Positions 13,893 through 27,453 of a stretch of DNA of 64,000 nucleotides are shown piece after piece. The stretch's first letter is position 1. Every line of letters begins with the position of its first letter. Where the stretch lies: NCBI RefSeq assembly GCF_006345805.1, contig NC_043022.1, forward strand, positions 25,358,001 through 25,422,000. Direction: 5' to 3'. Position numbers and translations under genes: made by a program. The notes below the pieces were generated by a model, which was not told where the DNA came from, made no database searches, and was given only the letters and a program-made list of their open reading frames with translations. This DNA is from Octopus sinensis. Lineage: Eukaryota.

Positions 13893-14230
13893 CAAACGGA
13901 CAGACAGAGAGATAAACAGATAGAGAGAGAGATGGATAGAGAAACAGACAGACAGGCAGGCAGGCAGGCAGGAGGATAGAGAGAGATAGAGATAGAGAGA
14001 GAGAGAGAGAGAGAGATGGATAGAGAGACAGACAGACAGGCAGGCAGGAAGGCAGGAGGATAGAGAGAGATAGAGATAGAGATAGAGAGAGAGAGAGAGA
14101 GAGAGATGGATAGAGAGAGAGACAGACAGGCAGACAGGCAGGCAGGAAGGCAGGAGGATAGATAGATAGAGATAGAGAGAGAGAGAGAGACAAACAGACA
14201 GACAGAGGGATAAACAGAGAGAGAGAGAGA
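13685..14230. repeat. Compound (GA)n/(CAGA)n/(CAGG)n higher-order microsatellite
   Basis: Recurring module (GA)n-tggata-(GA)-(CAGA)n-(CAGG)n-aggata. Confidence 0.9.
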
Positions 14231-14235
14231 AAGAG

Positions 14236-14650
14236 AGGCGGAGGAATGGCTTATGTGACAAGAAGCTTGCTTCCCAACCATATGGTTTCGGATTCAGTTC
14301 CACTGTGTAGCACATTAGGCAAGTATCTTCTACTATAGCCTTGGGCCAAACAATGATTTGTGAATGGATTTGTCACACAGAAACTGAAAGAATCCCGTCG
14401 TGTGTGTGTGTACCCCACCATCGCTTGACAACCGATGCCGGTGTGTTTATGTTTCCGTAAATTAGCGGTTCGACAAAAGAGACTGATAGAATAAGTACTA
14501 GGCTTAGAAAAATAAGTCCTGAGGTCGATTTCCTCTACTAAAACCCTTCAAGGCGGTGCTCCAGCATTGCCGCAGTTAAATGACTAAACAAGTAAAAGAA
14601 TAAGAATGTGCTCCAGCATGGCCTCAGCTTCTGACTGAAACCTATAAAAG
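14236..14650 (+). mobile_element. SINE family A with a duplicated 3' tail segment
   Basis: Family head, core and tail; gtgctccagcat...tgactgaaac is repeated at ~14608-14650. Confidence 0.8.
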
Positions 14651-14722
14651 AACACCCAAGAATAAGCGCCCGCACTCTCTCTCTCTCTCTTTCTCAGTCA
14701 CTCTCTCCCTCACATACACGGT

Positions 14723-14787
<65 letters not shown>

Positions 14788-14869
14788 AAACAGACAGAGG
14801 GATAAACAGATAGAGAGAGAGAGACATAGATGGATAGAGAGACAGACAGACAGACAGGCAGGAGGATAG

Positions 14870-14880
14870 AGAGATAGATT

Positions 14881-14957
<77 letters not shown>

Positions 14958-15002
14958 GTTTCTTTATTGGCCACACAGGGCTGCACACAGATGGGACAGG
15001 TT

Positions 15003-15005
<3 letters not shown>
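14870..15005 (-). mobile_element. Retroposon 3' end with (TATC)n tail
   Basis: Minus strand ctgtgtgcagccctgtgtggccaataaagaaa followed by (TATC)n; second copy at ~37880-37920. Confidence 0.6.
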
Positions 15006-15094
<89 letters not shown>

Positions 15095-15616
15095 GAGGGA
15101 AAATAACCAAAACGACGAAAAGTACATGAGGAAAAAAGTGACAAGAAAATTGGGAAAGCAATAGACTTCAAAAAATTTCATTTTCTAGATTTTTTTCTTC
15201 TCTGTTCATTCTTAATCTTTATTTTTTCATATTCTTGAGTGTTTTATGGTCTCAATATTATTATTGTTGTTGTTGTTGTTGTTGTTGCTGTTGCTGCTAT
15301 TGTTGCTATTTCCAATGAAATTCATTCAACATTTTATTACTTTTCAAAAAGAAAGAAATCAGAAGATATATGAAATATGAAAACTGTTCGTTATGGGACT
15401 TATGAAACTTCTACGCAAATTTCATTTTGCTCTCGAATTTCCTTCGTCATTACAACTACCACTACTACTACAAATAGTAGTAGTAGTAGTAGTAGTAGTA
15501 GTGTAGTAGTAGTAGTAGTAGTTATATAACGGACTTCATTTTCGTATTTGAATTTCATTCGCTTTATTACATTGTAGAACGTACCATCAGTTATATTGCA
15601 GGAAAACGAAAACCTA

Positions 15617-15621
15617 ATATC

Positions 15622-15683
<62 letters not shown>

Positions 15684-15701
15684 TAAATAATAATAATAAT
15701 A

Positions 15702-15743
<42 letters not shown>

Positions 15744-15829
15744 TAATAATAATAATAATAATGATAAATAATATAATAATAATAATAATAATAATAATGA
15801 ATAATAATAATAATAATAATGATAATATA

Positions 15830-15908
<79 letters not shown>
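15617..15908. repeat. (AAT)n microsatellite
   Basis: Direct reading. Confidence 0.95.
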
Positions 15909-15909
<1 letters not shown>

Positions 15910-16339
15910 GAGAAAAATCAAATTTCCAAGCAGGATATCTTCAGACCAACCCTGATTTCATGTCAAAAGGAAGTGGTATTTCCCTAGGCACTTCGAAAGG
16001 AAATAACAGACATCGAAAGATGACGAAAGGAATTGGTGAAACAAACAAACCAAGAACAGAACATATTGTATGAAATAGAAGCCAGATCACTTTAAAATAT
16101 TTCATTTTATTTTTGATTATTTCATAGATTTTATCTATATTAATATATAGGAAGAAACGAATATGCATATCAAGTTATAAGACAGTTACTTCCCTTTGCT
16201 ATTGCCATATCTCGTGGCTGTGTCACAGAACACCATAGTGGATATTCTAAGTTATTGTTGATGTCGAGTAGCCACAGATCAGACCTAATCCAGAAGAAAT
16301 GTGATCAAAGATTCACGCCATTAGCCACAAAGATTAATT

Positions 16340-16782
16340 TCTAATTCGAGCCTACTCTAAGCTTCTTAAGAATGCGTGAGGCAACTTGAAGATCCACCCA
16401 CCACACGTGATAGACTGGCGGTTGCACGGGCGCGAAAGCTGCGTTGTTATCCTCATTCCGTAAACGGTGGCTTTTTAATGGGTGGAGAGCTGAACCATCC
16501 TGGGGTACAGAGGATTCGCAATCTAGACTAGGGTCTGAAAGTTTACCACACCATAGTGGGTTACACCATGGTTCCTCTGCTTTGTGACAGAAGTAGGAAG
16601 AAAGAGTGAGAGAAAGCTGTGGTGAAAGAGTACAGCGGGGTTCACTACCACCACCCCGCTGAAGCTTCGTGGAGCTTAGGTGTTTTTGCTCAATAAACAC
16701 TCACAATGCCCGGTCTGGGAATCGAAACCGCGTTCTTACGACCGCGAGTCTGCTGCCCTAACCACTGAGCCATTGCGCCTCC
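16340..16782 (-). mobile_element. tRNA-derived SINE family D
   Basis: Head ggaggcgcaatggctcagtggttagggc...gtttcgattccc; body shares actctttc.ccaca.ctttctctcactctttcttcct with 49325-49578. Confidence 0.7.
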
Positions 16783-17357
16783 ACTAGCTGCAGGTGTTGC
16801 TGGTTGTTGCCGCTGTGGGTTCGAATCGGGTCAGTCTTAATCGATAAAATAATTCCGTCTGTTTGTATTTCTACATTGCCTAATTTATCACGCATTTCTC
16901 TAAAATAACAACGATATTGTCCGAGGGATATTTGTCGGATATTTCTTTCACATCCAACCTTCTTAGCTAGTTTCTGCTATTGTAGAAAACGACAGCAACA
17001 AAACCACCACCAATTCTAACAATAAAAATACAATGACTTCCAGCATTCAGTTTCTATTTAGTATTTTGTAGCGTTTCTTTTTCATTAAATATGTATCATT
17101 TCTTATCCGGTTGCTTCCTATCTTTCATAGTCAGTCAAAAGCCGCTGTTGCGCAGTTAAGAAGTACACTACCAGAACATATCGTTTCCATTTTTATCTCA
17201 CTATGGCAAGTGTCTTCTACTGTTGCTTAGTATCTACAAATGATTTACTTGTGAGCAAGATTAAGTAATAGAAAGTGTGCAGAAGCCCTCTCAATACATA
17301 TCATGAGAATATATCAACATTCCCCAAAACGAATTCATATATATATATATATATAAT

Positions 17358-17400
<43 letters not shown>

Positions 17401-17479
17401 GAAAAAAAACAAAAGACGAAGACAGGTGGTGTACAAAACAAACAGATGTATTAGTATAACGCTCAGGAATAGAAAAAGT

Positions 17480-17515
17480 CTTTTACGTTTCGAGCCTACG
17501 CTCTTCTACAGAAAG
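17480..17515 (-). ncRNA. Minimal type I hammerhead-like motif (Penelope pLTR type), core variant CUGUAGA
   Basis: Minus strand CUUU-CUGUAGA-A-GAGC-guag-GCUC-GAAA-CG-UA-AAAG: 4-bp stem I, 4-bp stem II, palindromic ACGU stem III. A6 is replaced by U. Confidence 0.55.
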
Positions 17516-17571
17516 GGACACAGAAAAAAATAAGGAGAGAAAAAAATGTGTGTAGTGGCTAACAATATATA

Positions 17572-17840
17572 TATATTGTTACACTTGGGTATGGTCATTT
17601 TCTTTTTTGGTCAATGAAACACACGCACTATTCACTTGATCAAATTTTATTCGTATTATTTTTAGTTTAAACGTCTGTCCAATTTTTTCATCATATTCTG
17701 TGACCTCATCAGTAACTCTGTCCTATGTGTCTTCTCTATAAGCTAAAAATAATACGAATAAAAACTCAAGTGAAAATCAAATGAATATAGCGAGTGTTTA
17801 ATTGGCAAACAAAATGACCATTGCCAAGTATAACAATATA
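17572..17840. repeat. Imperfect long inverted repeat (~95-100-bp arms, ~74-bp core)
   Basis: Includes the perfect 21-bp pair ttttattcgtattatttttag (17645-17665) / ctaaaaataatacgaataaaa (17743-17763). Confidence 0.8.
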
Positions 17841-18782
17841 TGTTTCTACACACGTTTCCACATCAAGAATCTTGCAGAAACAAATGCATAAACATCAAAA
17901 GTTGATGTATACATATCGATATGCTACCAGTACTGTTCGGGGGTTTGATAAAGTGGCGCACAGTTCCATAAACGTAACTGCATGTTTTTTCACATAATAA
18001 ATGGGAGTTTACAGAAACACGTGTAGCTCAAAATGGACCGCCTTTGTTCTACCCTTTTAACTGTATTCAATTTATGACATACTAGCAGCCACCGATATCA
18101 GTTCTGTGAGTGGAGTTGTGAAATACCTGGTTTATCTCCTAATTTGTAACTGAAGCTTGGAATAGTTTATTAGTCAGTCTACTTACTGATTGATCTACAT
18201 TGATCCCTCAGATTACCTCATTAGCCAATTATATGCTGAAAGCAACTAATCGCTATGATCCCTAACATCTATATAATAAAAGCGAAATTCTGTCTGTTCG
18301 TCTGGGAACCCTGTATTTCAGCTTACATTTGCTCTATATAGATATATTATACCTTTTTGGGAATCAGGATGATCACGGGATTGAAAATCTGCTTTTCATT
18401 TGGTTCTTGAATATCCAGCATTGGGATCTGATTTAAAAGCATCTGGGTTGCTGTTTCTAGCAGGTAAAGCTTGGCTAATTCCCGCCATCTTGTTGGCGTT
18501 TGTCAGATGACGTCAGAGATCAAGTGGGGGAAGATAAATGACATTCGCTTCGTTAATTTTATGTCGAGATAAGAATTTTGAGACAAAATGGCCAACAGTT
18601 GGAATTCAAATTGGGACTGAAACATAGAATGATTGCATTACAGAATTAATTCTCATCCGTCCTTAACCTCTGATCAAACACCACCGGGGCATATAGTCAT
18701 TATAGAGGTATTATAATCATGCCATTTAGCTTTCTTTAGTTTTGGGTTGCAGGCCCAATTAGCCCTCCACAGGAGCTAACTT

Positions 18783-19195
18783 GGATCTTTTCGGTTTGAA
18801 CGGCAGTTTTTTCAAGCGGTGTCATATAAAATTGTTCCCCATAATTATGACCCTAGTATCGATCTATTGCATTTCAAGCTGTTTTAGGGTTAGGGTTAGG
18901 GGGAAGGGTATCTTGTTTTCTTCACAAATGTAAATAAACCCAATCTGTTTTCTAAACGAGGGACATATTCATACGGCACAGAATGTTTTCACCTCAATAG
19001 ACGTCACTGATTGGTTGAAATTGCAGAAATTGAAGAAAAAAAAACCAACAAATATCTTACAAACTATAGAATTTTCTCAATAAAGCCGCGAGAAAAAGAT
19101 GTTTTATAAACACATTCTACCAGTATACGAAGTTTAAAACTGTTTAGTTACGTGGAAATTATTTTAAAAAACTGCCGGTCAAACCGAAAAGATCC
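18783..19195. mobile_element. MITE with ~28-bp TIRs and perfect 8-bp TSD (GCTAACTT); Merlin-like
   Basis: TSD at 18775-18782 and 19196-19203; homologous to 8812-9251 throughout; contains ttagggttagggttaggg. Confidence 0.9.
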
Positions 19196-19319
19196 GCTAA
19201 CTTAAAAGTCTGCACTGAGTGCGGCTTTTAAGGTAGTTTGATATAAATAAGAGATCGGAAATGTGTTCACTTGAAGGTGCCGACAGAAAAGACCTGTTAT
19301 TGATGATACGGAGCAAAAT

Positions 19320-19702
19320 GCATAGGAGTGGTTGTGTGGTAAGTAACTTGTTTACCAACCACATGGTTCCGGGTTCAGTCCCACTGCGTGGCACCTTGGG
19401 TAAGTGTCTTCTACTATAGCCTCGGGCAGACCAATGCCTTGTGGGTGGATTTGGTAGACGGAAACTGAAAGAAGCCCGTCGTATATATGTATATATATAT
19501 ATGCGTGTGTGTGTTTGTCCCCTAGCATTGTTTGACAACCGATGCTGGTGTGCTTATGTCGCCGTCACTTAGCGGTTCGGCAAAAGAACCCGATACAATA
19601 AGTACTGGGCTTACAAAAGAATAAGTCCCGGGGTCGAGTTGCTCGACTAAAGGCGGTGCTCCAGCATGGCCGCAGTCAAATGACTGAAACAAGTAAAAGA
19701 GT
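19320..19702 (+). mobile_element. SINE family A
   Basis: Near-consensus full-length copy. Confidence 0.9.
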
Positions 19703-19764
19703 ATATGTGTCCTGAAAAAACAGAATCACCTCAGAACCGATTAACCTTAAGAACTCGAAAGACT

Positions 19765-19814
<50 letters not shown>

Positions 19815-20042
19815 TTACGTAGAGAAATATGAAGATAATATATGTGAATGTATATGTTTATATACAAACATACTTATGTTTGTACGTGTGTGTCGATGTA
19901 CGCGTATGGTATTTATGTATGTGTATGTAGGTGTATGCGGACGTGTGTGTGTGTGTGTGTGTGTGTATGCGGACGTGTGTGTGTGCGTGTGTGCGTGTGT
20001 ATGTGTGTGTGTATGTGGACGTGTGTGTGTGTGCGCGCGGAC

Positions 20043-20073
<31 letters not shown>

Positions 20074-20225
20074 CGTGCGTGTGTGTGTTGTGTGTGTATG
20101 TGTGTGTGAGTGTGTGTGTGTATGAGAGCCTGAACGCCAAATGTCAAGCGATGACTTCAAACAGTTTGATGGTGTCTAACTCTTTCACCCATATATCTCA
20201 CTTTCACTTTCATTCTCTCTCCCTC

Positions 20226-20599
20226 CTCTCTCTCTCTCTCTCTCTCTTCACTTTCAATCTGCCACGTTCTCTCTCTCACATTTCCCCAATCTTTCTTTCT
20301 CACACAATCTCTCACACCTACCCTTGCTCCTCCTCCTCTCACGTCTCTCTCCTACGATTTCACACGATTCGCTTCTTCATCGTAAATGAAGGTTACTGTT
20401 GCTCTTCCTTTTCCTCATCTCTCTCTCTCTTCTTCACTTTCAATCTGCCACGTTCTCTCTCTCACATTTCCCCATCTTCTTTCTCACACAATCTCTCCGA
20501 CCTACCCTTGCTCCTCCTCCTCTCACGTCTCTCTCCTACGATTTCACACGATTCGCTTCTTCATCGTTAAATGAAGGTTACTGTTGCTCTTCCTTTTCC

Positions 20600-20630
<31 letters not shown>
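20226..20630. repeat. Tandem duplication, ~188-bp unit, ~2.2 copies, CT-rich
   Basis: gccacgttctc recurs at ~20261 and ~20449 with near-identical intervening sequence. Confidence 0.9.
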
Positions 20631-20636
<6 letters not shown>

Positions 20637-20829
20637 TTCGTTGTTGATTACTATTTTGTTTTGCTTTAGCGCATTTCAACCAATTAACATACGTCATTGC
20701 AATGACGTATGTTCTACATATGACATTGCTGGTTTATGTCGGTCACAGATCAAAGGAATACTTAGCGATCCCTGTCGACATGACGCTATACATATGTGCT
20801 TAGCTATGTTATATTTAATATTTATCTAT

Positions 20830-22613
<1,784 letters not shown>

Positions 22614-23237
22614 CATATAAATTAATCAATACCTCCGGCATCATCATGTCGTAGCTATGGTTAGAATTATTGAATGTCACACACATTCGCGTGGGAAATG
22701 TTGACTCATAAATAACTACACAACAGTTCATAAACATATAAATACAGTGTGACATCACATATGAAATATGGGGAGAAGGAAAACTTCGATTAATTGAGAT
22801 TATTCATAGATTTAGTAGACAAAAATTCTCTCTGGGTGTACAATAACTAAAAAAGAAAAAACTAAAAGGAAGAGAGGTAACTCTAATATAATCACCTGAT
22901 CGAAATTTTAGAAATTTTATTATCTATGTGGGATACATTGGATCAGATCCTTCAAGCCAGTCTGTGAAGGAAACGCAAATGTTTGAATCCAATCTTACCT
23001 CCTCAACGAAGGTTATTCTACAATTCAGTTGATAAGTCTAAGAGCGACATCTGCATGTGAGTGTGTTTGTAAGTTTTCTAAGCTATTTTTCTAAAATTAC
23101 CTACATGGTTAAGTACAGCTGTAGTTTAATTTAACATTATTTCTATTAAATAATTTATTGTACTTACAGCTATATGGAAAGAATGTATTACTTTATTCGG
23201 ACTGGTTTCTTATCGAGATTTTTTTATGGTTTTTATG

Positions 23238-23382
23238 TATAAGGTTGTCCCAAAAGTTCGTAGAAAGTCTTGGAAAATAATGGTCTTTATTTTGAAGAAT
23301 AATTTTTGTTGTTTTTGTTAGTACTTGGCGAGTAAAAATTCAATTTTCGCAAGTGTTTACGAACTTTTGGGACAACCTAATA
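23238..23382. mobile_element. 145-bp Tc1/mariner-type MITE
   Basis: TIRs tataaggttgtcccaaaagttcgta / tacgaacttttgggacaacctaata with TA ends. Confidence 0.85.
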
Positions 23383-23519
23383 TTAAATACTTCACCGCTA
23401 AATCATGTACCAAACTCTCTAATAGATTCACCACGTGATATCGTAATATATATTACGATATTGTCCATACTTTCGGATCTTGTAAACACACCGCTGGTCA
23501 CTATGCGCTTCGCATTGTT

Positions 23520-23731
23520 TTAGCTTTACATGTTCCTCCACTGGCTTGGCAGACAGAACAACATCACCCCTACCCCACCACCCGAACGGAACGCCGGTCC
23601 GTCGCAGGGTTACTCAGTGGACTGGATTAATGTGAAATGAAATAGTTTGCTCAAGAACGCACAACTGGTCTGAGAATCGAAACCACAATATTGCGATTAT
23701 GAGCGCAACACCCTAACCATTGATCCATACG

Positions 23732-23735
<4 letters not shown>
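23520..23735 (-). mobile_element. Degenerate tRNA-derived SINE (family C/D-like)
   Basis: Minus-strand head aaggcgtatggatcaatggttagggtg...gtttcgattctc. Confidence 0.55.
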
Positions 23736-23786
<51 letters not shown>

Positions 23787-24163
23787 TCTCTTTCCCTCGC
23801 TTTAGCTTACACACACACACACACACATACACAAACACCTTGTGCCAAAAATTGAAACCAAAATTATTTCAGATTTCAAATTCATATTGAGTGTTACTTG
23901 TCGGGATATTATACTTCTCAGACGTATATAGTTTACATTTTAATTACTGGTAAGTACACAGTCTTTCATTTTGCAATTATGATAAACTACCAAGTATATC
24001 AAAGGTTTACAAGTCAATATTTTGTTTTGCTTTATGTTAGCAGTGCGGTATATTCAATTTTAAGTTTATCTCAACTGATTTCCAATAGAATTCAGAACCA
24101 GCACATAATCGTTTACGAAACGTCGTATCATGCAGTAGTGGCTCAGAATTCTATAGGAAATCT

Positions 24164-24560
24164 ACAGGCGCAGGAGTGGCTTGTAAGTAGCTTGTTTACT
24201 AACCACATGGTTCCGGGTTCAGTCCCACTGCGTGGCACCTTAGGCAAGTGTCTTCTACTATAGCCTCGGGCCGACCAAAGCCTTGTGAGTGGATATGGTA
24301 GATGGAAACTGAAAGAAGCCCGTCGTATAAATGTATATATATGTATGTGCGTGTATGTTTGTGTGTCTGTGTTTGTCCCTCTAGCATTGCTTGACAACCG
24401 ATGCTGGTGTGTTTATGTCCCCATCACTTAGCGGTTCGGCAAAAGTGACCGATAGAATAAGTACTGGGCTTAGAAAGAATAAGTCCCGGGGTCGATTTGC
24501 TCGATTAAAGGCGGTGCTCCAGCATGGCCGTAGTCAAAAATGACAGAAACAATTAAAAAG
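24164..24560 (+). mobile_element. SINE family A
   Basis: Near-consensus full-length copy. Confidence 0.9.
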
Positions 24561-24816
24561 AGAAAAAAAAGAAAAAGAGAAGAGATAAACTTAATACTTT
24601 GCGTTTTCTTTTCGCTCAACAACGAATTGTTTGATATTAAAATTTTCAATGAAATTTTACATGTCTGAATATGACTGCTGTATAACCTCTTTTTAACGTT
24701 CTCGAACGTGAATTAAGAATTCATATAGCATATTTTAAAGCTGCTTTTACTCATGCCAATATAGAACTTTACAACCTGAATCCGGTCTGCTAAAAAATTT
24801 AATCCAACTTCGTAAA

Positions 24817-25086
24817 CTCTTTTACTCTTTACTTTTTTACTTGTTTCAGTCATTTGACTGCGGCCATGCTGGAGCACCGCCTTTTAATCGAGCAACTCGA
24901 CCCCGGGACTTATTCTTTTGTAAGCCCAGTACTTATTCTATCGGTCTCTTTTGCCGAATCCACTCACAAGGCTTTGGTCGGCCCGAGGCTATAGTAGAAG
25001 ACACTTGCCCAAGGTGCCACGCAGTGGGACTGAACCCGGAACCATGTGGTTGGTAGACAAGCTACTTACCACATAGCTACTCCTGC
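24817..25086 (-). mobile_element. SINE family A with the central microsatellite region deleted
   Basis: Head and tail are joined at ttgccgaa|tccactcac. Confidence 0.85.
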
Positions 25087-25169
25087 TTTCTCTATATCTT
25101 TACTGTTTCTTCCGTGGGTATATAGTTATATTCTTTGTCACTTACATTTTCAGAACTAGTTTTTTATGA

Positions 25170-25890
25170 TAATTCAATAATTACATATATAACACGTATG
25201 TATATGATACACACATAATACAAAACCACATTAAAATACAAATCTAGAGCTGAAGTAAATGTCAGAAAACAGCACACAGCTCCCACGACTTTCGGAAACA
25301 TTTTTCCACGCTGAAGCATGGAACAAACTGCCGGCAACAGTTGTTAGTTGTCGGAGCACTGCATCCTTCAAAACTTCCATGCTTCCTGAGATTCGCCAAC
25401 ACTACACCTGATTTTCTCCCTTCCATACACACGCAAGCATGTATCTGGCTCACACACTGTTCACTTCCCAGACATTTGTACATTACTGCATATGCTTTAT
25501 ACGCACTTTTGAGCACGGTATACAATAATTTCATTATTATTATTTTAAACATGGGTGAAAAAAGAAACAAGAGGAAAAAGAGGAATAAAAAGAGAAAAAC
25601 AAAGAAAAATCAATTTAACACTAAGTGCTTCAATTGGCTGCACATCACAAGATTCAACCTACTGAAGATAGCCAACTCGTTCGTGGCATTACCACGACCG
25701 ACGACGAAGCTAAGGCATTTTAACAGCCAAGCACCGTCGTGGGCACCACCTGACACCTCAGTAAGGTGAGCCGCCAACGATGACAAGAACTTCGCTCATG
25801 TTTGTGCTTCTTCAATTTGGATTTGGACTTTAATGCGATTTCGTATCATATATGTATGATATACACACGTGTTATATATGAAAGTACTAA
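25170..25890. repeat. Element bounded by degenerate ~80-bp inverted repeats
   Basis: catatataacacgtatgtatatgatacac...cattaaaatacaaatc pairs with gatttggactttaatgcg...gatatacacacgtgttatatatg. Confidence 0.55.
25262..25550 (+). pseudogene. CR1/L2-type LINE 3' end
   Basis: Peptide HDFRKHF../AWNKLPATVVSCRSTASFKTSMLPEIRQHYT* matches the CR1/L2 ORF2 C-terminal motif; short (ATT)n tail. Confidence 0.7.
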
Positions 25891-26217
25891 ATTATCTAAA
25901 CAAATAGAAGATAAGTGCGTTTTTTAAGATATAATACTACCAACGTTTTTAGAAAATTGCAGCTAACTTTGACATTATTTCAGTTTAAAAAATTATTGCA
26001 CTTCTGAGCATATGGAAAGAAGGTATTAACTCATTCTAAGAAGTTTATGAGATAGCTTTTTGCAATTTTCTGCATTAAATACTTATAACACTGACTTAAC
26101 TATCAATTTGGCTAAATATCTTGCCCCAAGAATATTTGCTGTTAACTTTCTAACGATCCTTGCTCTAAGTAGGTTAGCAATAGCTTAATTGTCTCTTTAA
26201 CTGCCATGAAACAAAAT

Positions 26218-26786
26218 TATTGGGTTGTCCGGAAAGTTCATGCCGTTTATGGTAGCTTACCTTTCGACTTATTTTAGAACATGTTTGAGTTCATAAAATA
26301 AGATTTGACTACACTTCCATTTAGAGCACAGTTTAAGCTATCTTTTCGTGGAAGAAGCTTTATGTTCCTATAACCTGTGTTAATCCTGTAACCCTTTAAA
26401 ATGGAAGATAAGAAAGTTCATTTTCCGCACTTGATGCTTTGGGAACCAGACAAAAATTGCTGCAGCTCGGCTGGGATGTGTTACCCCACACTCCATATTC
26501 ACTAGATATTGCTCCTTCGGATTTCCACTTATTCAGGTCTCTGCAGAATAGTCTTAATGGTAAAAAATTCAATTTCTTGGATGACGTAAAAAGATACCTT
26601 GATGAATTCTTTGCCATGAAACCACCTCAATTCTGGGAAGGGGGTATTTTCAACTTAAAGGAAAGATGGAGACGCATTGTGCAACAAAATGGTTCATATT
26701 TGGTTGATTAAAAATGTAATGGCAAGTATTTATTGACCTTTTTCTTTCCTTTAAAAACCGGCACGAACTTTCCGGACAACCCAATA
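26218..26786 (+). mobile_element. Complete non-autonomous mariner (569 bp), internally deleted transposase
   Basis: 26-bp TIRs ttgggttgtccggaaagttc(a/g)tgccg with TA ends; ORF 26439-26711 carries HTPYSLDIAPSDFHLFRSL. Confidence 0.95.
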
Positions 26787-26805
26787 CCAATATTTTTTGT
26801 AAGCC

Positions 26806-27035
26806 TATCTCTTTACTACCCACAAGGGGCTAAACGCAGAGAGGAAAAACAAGTACAGACAAACGGATTAAGTCGATTATATCGACCCCAGTGCGTAACT
26901 GGTACTTATTTAATCGACCCCGAAAGGATGAAAGGCAAAGTCGACCTCGGCGGAATTTGAACTCAGAACGTAGCGGCAGACGAAATACGGCTACGCATTT
27001 CGCCCGGCGTGCTAACGACTCTGCCAGCTTGCCGC
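26806..27035 (-). mobile_element. SINE family B with 15-bp TSD
   Basis: tattttttgtaagcc at 26791-26805 and 27036-27050. Confidence 0.95.
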
Positions 27036-27419
27036 TATTTTTTGTAAGCCATTTAAGGACACGGTAAGATTAACTTAACATGATATGCATCGATTACATG
27101 CAAAATCAAAATTTCGCCAACGATAGAAAATTGGATACGAGTAAGTTTCCTCGTATAACATGGATATTAAAGAGGCTAAAGGGAAGTAATCTGGATTCAA
27201 CAATACATGTGTTATCGCGACAGAATGTCGGTTTTCCAGTAGCATATGTTCTGATTTAATAGCAAATGCTACAGTTTCATAGGAATATTATGCATATACG
27301 CATAACATCACTATAAACTTTCACCCAAGTACAAACACACGCATATAACTCATATATCTAAATGTGTAAGTGCACGTGCATGTGCCTATAAATACGCGTG
27401 TGTGTGTTTATATATATAT

Positions 27420-27453
<34 letters not shown>

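Noticed and set aside
18268-18320. Helitron 5' end (TCTATATAATAAAAGCG...TGTCTG)
   Set aside because: No matching hairpin plus CTAG 3' end could be located.
25655-25720. Hammerhead at ctgaaga-tagc
   Set aside because: No correctly placed GAAA or stem III.
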